Assembly (NCBI RefSeq): GCF_964194025.1
Contig: NC_134474.1
Coordinates: forward strand, 21,948,001 to 22,012,000
Length of the DNA stretch: 64,000 nucleotides
Direction: 5' to 3'
Source of the DNA: Convolutriloba macropyga
Lineage: Eukaryota
The notes below the pieces were generated by a model. The model was not told where the DNA came from. It worked only from the letters and a program-made list of their open reading frames with translations, and did not search any database. How positions within the stretch are numbered: position 1 is the stretch's first letter; each line of letters begins with the position of its first letter. Positions 24,692 to 36,730 of the stretch are shown here, piece by piece. The position numbers and the translations under genes were made by a program.

Positions 24692-25419
24692 AGTATTGAA
24701 CGCACATTTTTAAAAGAAAAAATTAGCAAGTCAATTTTGCTAAATACCTGATCAGAGTTTGCAATATCAATTCTTTTGAGAAATGCGCTGACAGCCATTG
24801 AAAGCAAATGTTTTTCAGCAGACAAACTTTACATAATTATCCGTTGAAAGCGGTGAATTTTGAAGCAATTTCCTAGAAAAATTCAGCACTTGTCAACACT
24901 TGTGTAGCATCTATAGCACTGGCGCAAGATTTACTTACTGGAAAAAATTTTTCCTTCTGCGGCTGTCATCTCAATTCTCACATTTTTTTCAGTTATTTGG
25001 TCTCTTTTCCTAGCACCTAGCTATTTTAGCACTTAACTTACGCATTTTCAAAGCTTTCCTTAAACAATTTGGAATATTTTTTGAATTATTTTTTGTGCTC
25101 CTGTAAATATAGAAGCAACACCGGACCACTTTAAACAGCATCGCACTAGAACATTCCAACATAAACACATTTGGAAAACTGCCAAAAAGCTTAAGAATTT
25201 TGTCAACTCTTAACATACAGCATTTATCGCACCTGGAGTATGTAGTCAAATTAATAGATTGAATGAAACCAGGTAGCTTGGTTTCATTCAATCAAAAAAT
25301 TAAGTGTAATTATCGTCCTTCCAATAGATAAGATTAAAATGTGGCGCTTTTCAGTTGTCTTGTTTTTCAAAAATTTGAATTATCATTTAAAAATTAATAC
25401 AGATTTTTAATAGATTAAT

Positions 25420-25860
25420 GGCTGAAACTTAAATTGTTGATTTTTTGTAAGGAATATGTTGAAAGATGTGCTCAATTTTTGTAAGAAATGTGCTGAATTT
25501 ATGTAAAGAATAAGCTGAAAGCGCTGAAATTCTCTTTTTCTGAAGTGCTAAAATTATATAAGAATTCTGCTGACCATTTGAATTGTTGAATTTGTGCAAG
25601 GATTGAGTTGAATGATGTGTTGCATGTTTGTAAGAATTGTGCTGAATTTATGTAAGAATGTGCGGAAAGTGCTGATTCGGGGATTTTTGGAAAGTGCTGA
25701 AATTATGTAAGAGATGTGTTGAAATACGTGCTGAAATTCTGTAAGAGATGTGTTGAGAAGCGTTGAGAACGTTTTTATTCAGCACATTCAGCTCCTAAAA
25801 TTATAATGTCATCACATTCAGCATATTCCTTACATAATTTCAGCACATTGAGCGTATTTT
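25420..25860. repeat. GTGCTGAA/TGTAAG motif array whose orientation flips near 25775 (subterminal-repeat-like)
   Basis: About 15 (t)gtgctgaa(a)tt...tgtaag units, then inverted ttcagcaca/ttacata units. Confidence 0.7.
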
Positions 25861-25930
25861 ATACGAAATATTCCACCTACGCCAGCTGATATCTCGACCC
25901 AGGCCCGAAGTAGTTTTTAACTTAGCGTAG

Positions 25931-26223
25931 GTCCTTCAGTCTGAATATGATGTACGAAACCAATTTATAGAACAGGGTAGTGATTCGTTCTGACTAATGA
26001 ATAAACATACTGTCTAGACTTTTTGCAGGGTACTCCATTTCTGAATGTCGTGGTCGCCTTGGCAACCAGTTGGGAATGATGGCTCTGGGATTGCAGGTTC
26101 ACTTGAGATTTGGGACCAGACTACTTGTTCAACCTTTACAGTACACAAAACTGGTTAACGTATTTGACATGGAGCAAATTTGCAAAAGTGATGCTAGCTC
26201 GTTCTGCATTGTACTTCCTAAAG
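25931..26223 (+). CDS. Exons of a GT11 alpha-1,2-fucosyltransferase-like gene (25931-25976, 26029-26223), possibly pseudogenised
   Basis: A 52-bp GT..AG intron joins in frame to VLQSEYDVRNQFIEQGYSISECRGRLGNQLGMMALG...; GRLGNQ is the N-terminal GT11 motif. The next candidate exon (from 26281) has an in-frame TGA. Confidence 0.6.
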
Positions 26224-26504
26224 GTTGGGTTGAAAAAGTATAGTTTTGTAATCATACAGCTTTAAAACCCAAATTAACAGGTGAATTGGTTCGGCACCGA
26301 AGTGGCAGTTGTACAGTTCCAGTTATCTGAAGAATTCCAGATCTTATTTTCAACAATGTGAGATGTTATAAACAGATCCAATATTATCTAAACTGTAGAA
26401 AAAATAGATAATGTCACTTCTGCCTTACATCTAGGATTACCAGGATTCTCATAACCTCTTGGGATAAAATAAATACCCCCCCCCCCCACTGTTACATCTT
26501 TTTG

Positions 26505-26770
26505 CCCAGGTTTAGGTGCGCGACCCTAGACCGCTCTGATCAGACCATTTGGGTCGCACACCGGTGGAGTGGTGCGACACAAAATAGATGGTCTGGGAAA
26601 CGTTTGAGTCGCACGATGGTCTGGACAATGGTCGCACTACGGTCTGATTAGAGGGCAAAGTCGTGCTATAGTCTGATCGCAGGTCGCACAAAAGTCTGGA
26701 CAATGGTCGCACTACGGCCCGATCAGAGGGCAAAGTCGCACTATGGTCTGATCTGAGGTTGTACCAGGAG
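26505..26770. mobile_element. CCCAG-initiated end of a probable non-autonomous DNA transposon with GTCGCAC/GGTCTG subterminal repeats
   Basis: About 10 gtcgcac...ggtctg units at ~20-bp spacing following cccagg; the same motif block heads each unit of the downstream array. Confidence 0.45.
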
Positions 26771-29700
26771 AGGCACGTGCCAAAAACTGTAACATTAGGA
26801 AACCAAGTCATAATGTTGATTATATAGATGTAATTCAATGGTTAGGAAATGGATGACTTTTTCACGGTAGCAAAAGAAGATTCGTGAAGCAAATCTCACG
26901 AAAGTTTTAACTGTTGTCAAGGAACAACAGTGGGCAAGGGTAGCCCATGCATATCGTGCCAAAGTAACTATAACTCAAGGGTCTTTTCTGAAACACCACC
27001 AACACTGGTGTCAGTGAAGCAAGCTGATTAGTTTGCTTTTCTGACTTCCGGCCACAGCACCACCAACACTACACATTCAATATTAACTGAAGGTGGAACA
27101 CCGCACAGAGGTCACATGAAAGTCTTGACAATGGTTGCACTACGGTCTGACAGAGGGCAAATTCGCACTACAGTGTGATTATAGGTCGCATGAGAAGCGT
27201 TTTCTGAACGAAATATAGCTGTAGTGTCCGAAAAGTCTCATAGTCAAGATGAAAATCATGATCTGTTTTTTTACCATCCTCCTTTTTCATTCCTGGCTTA
27301 GAAGCAGCAGCGGCGGAGCTAGATAAAACAACTAAAAGTGAACCGAGCAGATCACGAAAAAAATCTGGCTCGTAACGCTCTCTCCACAACAAAACAAATA
27401 AAACAAAACTAAACATGCACGTGGTCTGTCAAATGAGTAAAAAAGATGTAGGAGTTGGTAGCTTATGTAGAACTTATTCACACACCTTGAATCATCTTGC
27501 CCTCGTTGATAGACCAAGATGATGTAAGAGTGGGGGTTAATTTGCTATTTACGACCCCCACTCTTAAATCATCTTTACATCATCATATTTCTTACATCAA
27601 CTCCGCTTGGCAGCCCTTTGCAGCCAAAAATGATGTAAAGGTTTGGGGCCTCATTTTCCTAAAAATTGTTTTTTATTGCAACCCCACTCATACAACATTA
27701 CACAATTTTGGCAGTTTCAGCCTTACAACATTTTACAACCTCTCAACAAGTTATCATTCACCCTTAAATCATTTTACCCCCTTGGCAGCCCAACTCTTGG
27801 ACCATTTTAGCCTCTTTCAACAAATTACACCCCCCTCTTACTTTATTTACCCCTGGAAGACCTAATCTTACATTGTTGCAGCCTCCCCACATATTTTAAA
27901 ACTGACAGTCTTCAACACCAAACCTGTGTACACTGAGCCAGTTCTCCTTAGCCTCAAGAACATCAATGCTTGCCCAATTTTTGACGATCAATCTATGTGT
28001 ACACTATTTGCTAGAATTACCCTCTGAACAAATCGCCCATAACTCTTTCGCCGTTTTGGAGCTCACTCTCGCATCACACTTTTGCTCATCTGAGATAAAA
28101 CTTCAATTTCTTCCAATTGCATACCCCTTTTTCTTTGAAAATTTGATCACAGGGAGTAATTCCTTGAAAGCTGTCCTTTTGTAGCCCCACGTTCACATCA
28201 TTTCTGTCCCCTCACTGTTGCATCTGCATCTGCCATTGTTAAATATTCTCTAATTTTCTGATCTTTGGTGTCACGTTATCTGAGAAAATCTTTTCGTCTA
28301 GATTTAAAATGATCATATTTTAAATTATATTTTGATTTATGAACTTATAATAATAAATTGATAGAATCTGATTGAACTTCTTTGCCAATATCGTGTTACC
28401 AAAGAGAGTACATCTTACATTTCATCTCTTTTGATCACCAATACAGTCATTTGTGTTTGCCTTGTTGAGGACTGCTATCGTCTGGTCACAAGTCGCACAA
28501 AAATCTTGACAATGATTGCACTACGGTCTGATCAGGGGGGAATGTCGCATCATAGTCTTTTCATAGTTCGTATGAGAAGTGGTTTTTGAACAAAGTTTGG
28601 CTGTAGTATCCGAAAAAGTCTAATAGTCAAAATAAAAACCAACTTTTTGAGTTTTTGCAATATATGATCTGTTTTTTTACCCTACTCCTTTTTCGTTCCG
28701 GGCTTGGGCCAGAAGTTGCGGAGTTACATAAAACAACTACAAGAGAATTGAACAGATCTTTAGTTTAAAAAAAGCTGGTTCAAAACGCTCTCTCCAAATC
28801 AAAACAAATAAAACAAAACTAAACATGCAAGTGGCCTGTCAAGAGGGTAAAAAGACGTAGGAGTTTGTAAATTATTTAGAACTTATCCCCAGACTCTTAA
28901 ATCATCTTGCCCTCGTTGACAGACCAAGATGATTTAAGAGTGGAGGTTAATTTGCTATATACGCCCCCACTCTTACATCACATTTACTTCATCATATTTC
29001 TTACATCATCTCCCCTTGACTGCCCCTTGCAGCAAAAAATGATAAAAAGTGTTTTGAGTTTCATTTTCCTGAAAATTGCCTTTTATTGCAGCCCCACTCA
29101 TACAACTTTTTACATCCTCTCAACCAGTTACCCATCACTCTTACATCATTTTATACCCTGGAAGACCTAATCTTGCATTGTTTAAGCCCGCCCCTGTACT
29201 CGAAAACTGACAGTCTGCAACGCAAAACCTGTCTACACTAAGCCAGTGTTGCATCGCACTTTTGCTCATCTGAGATAAAACTTCAATTTCTTCCAATTGC
29301 GCACCCCTTTTTCTTTGAAAATTTGATTACTGGGAGTAATTACTTGAAAGCTGTCCTTTTGCAGCCCCACGTTCACATCATTTCTGTCCCCTCACTGTTG
29401 CATCTGCATCAGCCATTGATAAATATTCCCTTTTTTCTGGTCTTGGGTATCACGTTATCTGAGAAAAAATTTGAACTCATAATAGTAAATCGATAGAATC
29501 TGATTGAATTTTTTTGCAAATTTTGTTTTACAAATGAGAGTACAGCTTACATTCCCTCCCTTCCCTCTCTTGTGATCACCAATACAGTCTTTTGTGTTTG
29601 CCTTGTTGAGGACTGCTATCGTCTGATCAAAAGTCGCACGAAAGTCTTTATAATGATCGCACTACGGTCTGATCAGATGGCAAAGTCGCACTATAAGGTG

Positions 29701-31904
29701 ATCATAGGTTGCACGAAAATCTGAGAATTGGTCACACTACGGTCTGATCCGGGGGAAAAAGTGCATCATAATCTTTTCATAGTTTGTATGGGAAGCGGTT
29801 TTTGAAAAAAATATAGCTGTAGTATTCCAAAAATTCTTCTAGCTTAGTTAAAGACCAATTTTTGAGAATTTGCATTATATGATCCATTTTTTGCCCTCCT
29901 CGTTTTTCGCTGCGAGCTTGGGACCAGCAGACGCGGAGATACATAAAACAACTACAAGAGAATTGAGCAGATCACTAGGTTAAAAAAACCTGGTTCAAAA
30001 AGCTCTCTCCAAATCAAAACAAATAAAACAAAACTAAACATGCATGTGGTCTGTCAAGGGGGTAAAAAAGATTTAGGAGTTTATAGTTTATGTAGAACTT
30101 ATTCCCACAATCTTGAATCATCTTGCCCTCGCTGACAGACCAAAATGATTCAAGAATGGATGTTAATTTGTTATTTACGTCTCCCACTCTTACATCATAT
30201 TTACATCGTCATATTTCTGATGTCAACCCCCCTTGACCGCCCTTTGCAGCCAAAAATGATGTAAGAGTTTTTGGCATCATTTTGCTAAAAATTGCCTTTT
30301 ATTGCAGCCCAACTAATGCAACATTACACAATTTTGGCAGCCTCAATTTTACAACATTTTACATAATCTCAACAAGTTACCCTCACTCTTATATCACTTT
30401 ACTCCCTTGGCAGCCGGACTCTTGGACTGTTTTAGCCCCTCTCAACACATTACACCCCCTTCTTACATCATTTACCCCCTGGAAGACCTAATCTTACTTT
30501 GTTGCAGCCTCTCCCCCCCCCCCCTGAACTTGAAGACTGAAAGTCTTCAACACCAAAGCTGTGTACTCAAAGCCAATTCTCCTTAGCCTCCAGAACATCA
30601 ATGCTTGCCCAACTCTTGGACCATTTTAGCCTCTTTCAACAAATTACACCCCCCTCTTACTTTATTTACCCCCTGGAAGACCTAATCTTACATTGTTGCA
30701 GCCTCCCCACATATTTTAAAACTGACAGTCTTCAACACCAAACCTGTGTACACTGAGCCAGTTCTCCTTAGCCTCAAGAACATCAATGCTTGCCCATTTT
30801 TTGACGATCCATCTATATGTAAACTATTTGCTAGAATTACCCTCTGAACAATTCGCCCATAACTCTTACACCGTATTGGAGCTCACTCTTGCATCGCACT
30901 TTTGCTCATCTGAGATTAAACTTCAATTTCTTCCAATTGCATACCCCTTTTTGTTTTAAAATTTGATTACTGGGAGCAATTACTTGAAAGCTGTCTTTTT
31001 GCAGCCCCACGTTCATATCATTTCTGTCCCCTCACTGTTGCATCTGCATCTGCCATTGATAAATATTCCCTATTTTCTGGTCTTGGGTATCACGTTATCT
31101 GAGAAAAACTTTGAACTCATAATAGTAAATCGATAGAATCTGATTGAATTTTTTTGCAAATTTCGTTTTTACAAATGAGAGTACAACCTACATTCCCTCT
31201 CTTGTGATCACCAATACAGTCTTTTGTGTTTGCCTTGTTGAGGACTGCTATCGTCTGATCAAAAGTCGCACGAAAATCTTTATAATGATCGCACTACGGT
31301 CTGATCAGATGGCAAAGTCGCACTATAAGGTGATCATAGGCTGCACGAAAATCTGAGAATTGGTCACACTACGGTCTGATCCGGGGGGAAAAAGTGCATC
31401 ATAATCTTTTCATAGTTCGTATGGGAAGCGGTTTTTGAAAAAAATATAGCTGTAGTATTCCAAAAATTCTTCTAGCTTAGATAAAGACCAATTTTTGAGA
31501 ATTTGCATTATATGATCCATTTTTTGCCCTCCTCGTTTTTCGCTGCGAGCTTGGGACCAGCAGACGCGGAGTTACATAAAACAACTACAAGAGAATTGAG
31601 CAGATCACTAGGTTAAAAAAACCTAGTTCAAAAAGCTCTCTACAAATCAAAACAAATAAAACAAAACTAAACATGCATGTGGTCTGTCAAGGGGGTAAAA
31701 AAGATTTAGGAGTTTATAGTTTTTGTAGAACTTATTCCCACAATCTTGAATCATCTTGCCCTCGTTGACAGACCAAAATGATTCAAGAATGGAGGTTAGT
31801 TTGTTATTTACGTCTCCCACTCTTACATCATATTTACATCGTCATTTTTCTTATGTCAACCCTCCTTGACCGCCCTTTGCAGCCAAAAATGATGTAAGTG
31901 TAAG

Positions 31905-33605
31905 CCAGCTTTCCTTAGCCTCTCGACCATCAATGCTCTTCCAATTCTTGACGGTCCATCTATATGTACACTATTTGCTAGAATTACCCTGTGAACAAAT
32001 CACCCGATGACTCTTACACCGTATTGGAGCTCACTCTTGCATCGCACTTTTGCTCATCTGAGATAAAACTTCAATTTCTTCCAGTTGCATACCCTTTTTT
32101 CTTTGAAAATTTGATCACAGGGAGTAATTACTTGAAAGCCGTCCCTTTGCAGCCCCACGCTCACATCATTTTGGCCCCCCTCACTCTTGCATCTGCCATT
32201 GATAACTGTTCTCTGTCTTTCTGGTCTTTGGTATCAGGTTATCTGAGAAAATTTTTTCGTCTTGATTTATGATGATGATATTTTTTAAATATATCGTTGA
32301 TTTTTGAAATCATAAAGGTAATTTGATAAAATCTGTTTGAATTTTGACCCCAATTTCCTGTTACAAATGAAAATACATCTTACATTTCATCTTTTGTGAT
32401 TACCAATATAGTCTTTTCTGTTTGCATTATTTAGGACTGCTATGATGAAGCGATTGCGCAATGTAGAATTGAATGTTTTAAAATCAAAGAAGTCATTTCT
32501 CTTGTTACTAAATCTATAGTCAAATCGTGTTTCGGCTCTGTTTATTCAACCATGATGTGTTTTTGTTCTTGTTTTTTCTGCTTAGAGAATTCAATCAACC
32601 GATGCTAGCACATAGGTTTGCTGCATCAAGTAACCTTTTCCGTTCTATAGCCCAATATTTTTAAATTTGCCGTTGGTTTGTATTTGTCAAAAGCGTTGAA
32701 ATCACCACTCATCCAAACCGTTGTTTTCCAGCTTGTTGGTGCCTGGAAGAATTAAAGCAATGCAGAAAATTGGCGATGTAATTTTTTTTGAATAGATATT
32801 GTAGAATCATTCTGCACTTAAAAGCAACGTAATAGGGAAGACGAACAAAGAACTTCCTGATTTTGCTTCAAATGTTGCTTGAAGTATCTATTTGACATAA
32901 ATTTTTGTCGAAGTGAACTTACGGTTGAAAACGAATGTTTAAGGTTTTGCTTCTTGCAATGCCTTTACAGTGTTTTCTTCTGCCAGCTTCTCTTTTTTTT
33001 CGTCAAAGAATCTCTGTTTGCTCAAGGTGGTTTGACAAACCACGGCAATTGAACATCAATAAAGTAGCTATTTTTGGTCTGCTTAGCAGCTGTTTTTTAG
33101 TTTCCTAAAGGTCTTTGATTTTCGTCCTGATTATTGCCTTATCAAGCTTGCTTGGTTGCAATAGAGTTTAGCTTGTTGTTTGCTTTGCTGGATCTCGCTA
33201 GTCGTCGGCAGCTTTACGAGGTCAATTCCTTTATAAATTTTTTGTCGATTTGTAGCTCTGGCTGTCTTTCTTCGTTGTTTTTGATGTCTTTTCTAGTACT
33301 CTCTTCATGTTGGGATGATGTTGTTACTCTTTCTTCTTTAACCTTGCATGGTTATTCTCAGCATGAGTCGTTCGGAAAGCTCATCAGAATTAGTGTCCAA
33401 AAATCCTCTAAAGTAGTGGACGCAGTGCGTTTCAGGAAAATTAGGCCGTTGATCTTCAGGTAACTAAAACTCTCGGTGGTTTTAATAGGGGCTCAGACAA
33501 AACATTTTTGCAGGTTTTTCTCGTCAATTCGCAAAACGGTTTTCGTTATCGTAATTTTGGGTCAAAAGTTTAGCTGGAAGTTTTTACTGTCAATTCTATA
33601 ATTAA
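31905..33605 (-). pseudogene. Non-LTR retrotransposon (APE-type LINE) ORF1 end plus ORF2 endonuclease, copy 1
   Basis: Highly similar to 36731-38340; minus-strand MFNCRGLSNH...ALQEAK and GDFNA motifs. Confidence 0.7.
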
Positions 33606-34962
33606 TTGACTTTTGCAGCCCCACGCTCACATCATTTTTGCCCCTCACTGTTGCATCTGCATCTGCCATTTATAAATGTTCTCTTTTTTCTGGTCTTTGG
33701 TATCACGTTATCTGAGAAAATCTTTTCGTCTTGATTTTAATGATCATATTTTAAAAAATTATTTGATTTTTAAATTCATAACAGTAAATCGATAGAATCT
33801 GATTGAGTTTCTTTGCAAATTTTGTGTTACAAATGAGAGTACAACTTACATTCCCTCCCTTCCCTCTCTTGTGATCACCAATACAGTCTTTTGTGTTTGC
33901 CTTGTTGAGGACTGCTATCGTCTGATCACAAGTCGCATGAAAGTCTTGACAATAGACGCACTATGGTCTGATCAGATTGCAAGGTCGCACTATAAATTGA
34001 TCATAGGTTGCACGAAAATCTGAGAATTGGTCACACTACGGTCTGATCAAGGGAAAATTTGTATCATACTCTTTTCATAGATCGTATGAGAAGCGGTTTT
34101 TGAACAAAATATAGCTGTAGTATCCAAAAAAGTCTTATAGTCTAGATAAAAATCGACTTTTTGAGAATTTGCATTATAAGATCTGTTTTTTACCCTCCTA
34201 CTTTTTCGATCCGAGCTTGGGACCAGCAGTTGCGGAGTTACATAAAACAGTTACAAGAAAATTGAGCAAATCACAAAAAAACCTGGCTCAAAACCTTCTG
34301 TCTAAAACAAAACAAATAAAACAAAACTAAACAAGCACGTGGTCTGTCAAGGGGGTAAAAAGATGTAGAAGTTTGTAGTTTATGTAGAACTTTTCCCCAC
34401 ACTCTTGAATCATCTTGCCCTCGTTGATAGACCAAGATGATTTAAGAGTGGAGGTTAATTTGCTATATACGCCCCCACTCTTACATCATATTCACTTCAT
34501 CATATTTCTTACGTCATCCCCCCTTGGCTGCCCTTTGCCCTAAAAATGATAAAAAGTGTTTTGAGTTTCGTTTTATATTGCCTCACATTGCCTTATATTG
34601 CAGCCCCACTCTTAAAACGTTACACACTTTTGGCAGCCCCAATCATACACAATTTTACATCCTCTCAACAAGTTACCTTTCATTCTTGCATCTTTTTACC
34701 CCCTTGGCAAACCTACTCTTGGACCCCTTTATCTCTCAACAAATTACACCCCAGTCTTACATCATTTACCCCCTGGAAGACCTAATCTGGCATTGTTTAA
34801 ACCTCCCCTCCCATACTCGACAACTGACAGTCGTCAACACAAAACCTTTATACACTAAGCCAGCTATCCTTAGCATCCCGACCGTCAATGTTTTCCCAAT
34901 TCTTGAAGCTCCATCGATATGAATACTTTTTGTTAGATTTACCCTCTGAACAAATTACCCCA

Positions 34963-36728
34963 CCCGGGTCGAGGAATTTGGCCAAAACTTTGTAAGATCA
35001 GCTGCAACTAGCGTTGACAAGTCGGAAAATTCACCGCAATTTTCATAATTTTGCAATGAATGCGTTGAATTCGAAGACAAAAACTCAACGCATTCAACGC
35101 AAAGTTTTGTAAAAAAAATTGCGGTGAATTTTCCGACTTTTCAACGCATGTGCCGCTGATCTTACATAGTTAGCGTTGAATATAGCTTAGATCTTACATA
35201 TTTAGCGTTGATTTTAGCGTAGATCTTACATATTTTTGCGTTGAACTTAGCGTTGATCTTACAAAAAATCAAAGCGTCCACCTGAAATATTACCCTCCAG
35301 TTGCGTATGGGACTCGAATTGCTGACCTCTTGTTTGCTTGTCGCCTCTTCTACCATTGTGCCACAGTTCCTTGGCTTCCTTAAGAGCCGCAATTCTTATA
35401 AAGCGTAGATCTTACATATTTTGCGTTGAATTTAGCGTAGATCTTACATATTTTGCGTTGATTTTGCGTAGTATTTAACTTAGCATATTCAACGCATTTA
35501 CCATGTGAGGCGTACTGGGAAAAACTTTAATTTTTTTAAACGTTTTGAAAAAATTTTGAATTACAAAAATGGTCTGAAATGGTTTTTACACCGTAAGAGA
35601 GCACTGAAAGGTTATTTTTTGCTGATTTCATATTTCTCACTTGTGCAGAATAGGGGTCGAAACAGTAAGAAAATTAATTTTTCGGAAAAAAATAGAAAAA
35701 TTTGAAATTGTAACATGGTCTGATTTGGATTTTGCACTATAAAAGAGCACTAAAAATGATTTTTTCTGAGCTCATGTTTTTCACATTTGCAGTATAGGGT
35801 TCGAAACAGTGAAAAAAATTGATTTTTTGAAAAAAAAAAACTTGAAAAAGTTCTGAAACCGTAAAATGGCCTGAAATGGATTTTGGAATATAAAAGAGCA
35901 CTAAGAAGTGATTTTTTGCTGACTTCACTTTTCTCAACTGTTCAGTATAGGGGGTCGGAACAGTAAAGAAATTAATTTTTTGAAAAAAAAACTTGAAAAA
36001 TGTGAAATCGTACCATGGTCTGAATTGGATTTTTCACTATAAAAGAGTACTAAAAATGATAGAGGTCAATATTTTTTGCAATTTTACATTTAATTGATTA
36101 AAAAATTAATTGATCAACGCTAAATTCAACGCTAAAAATGTAAGATCTACGCTAAAATTCAACGCTAAACATGTAAGATCTACGCCAAAATTCAACGCAA
36201 AATTATGCAAATTTAGCGTTGAATGCATTCAATGTATATAAGATCACCGCTAAAATTCAACGCTAAATATGTAAGATCTACGCCAAAAATCAACGCAAAA
36301 TTATGCAAGATTAGCGTTGAATGCGTTGAATGTATGTAAGACCTACGATCAGGCGTAGATCTTACATAAATTCAACGCATTCAACGCCAATCTTACATAA
36401 TTTTGCGTTGAATTTTGGCGTAGATCTTAAATACTTAGCGTTGAGTTTTGGCGTAGATCTTACATATTTAGCGTTGAATTTAGCGTTGATCTTACATACA
36501 TTCAACGCATTCAACGCTAATCTTACATAATTTTGCGTTGAATTTTGGCGTAGATCTTACATATTTAGCGTTGAATTTTAATGGTGATCTTACATAAATT
36601 CAACGCATTCAACGCTAATATTGCATAATTTTGCGTTGATTTTTGGCGTAGATCTCACATAAATTCAACGCATTCAACGCCAATCTTACATAATTTTGCG
36701 TTTTTTAGCGTTGACAAATCGGCCCGGG
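34963..36728. mobile_element. Non-autonomous CMC-EnSpm/CACTA-like DNA transposon, copy 1
   Basis: Termini CCCGGGTCGAGG...ATCGGCCCGGG flanked by CA/CA; the uninterrupted site cccCAtaact is present in sibling array units (~28037, ~30857), supporting a 2-bp TSD; inverted arrays of ~32-bp subterminal repeats. Confidence 0.85.
35303..35370 (-). promoter_or_regulatory. tRNA-like A-box/B-box module inside element copy 1
   Basis: Minus strand TGGCACAATGG...AATTCGAGTCC; homologous to 57411-57477. Confidence 0.5.
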
Positions 36729-36730
36729 CA

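Noticed and set aside
27497-34922. Recurrent plus-strand ORFs in array units (27497, 27966, 28907, 30282, 31991, 34524)
   Set aside because: Antisense or low-complexity readings of the repeat unit; the recognisable coding signal is the minus-strand LINE fragment.
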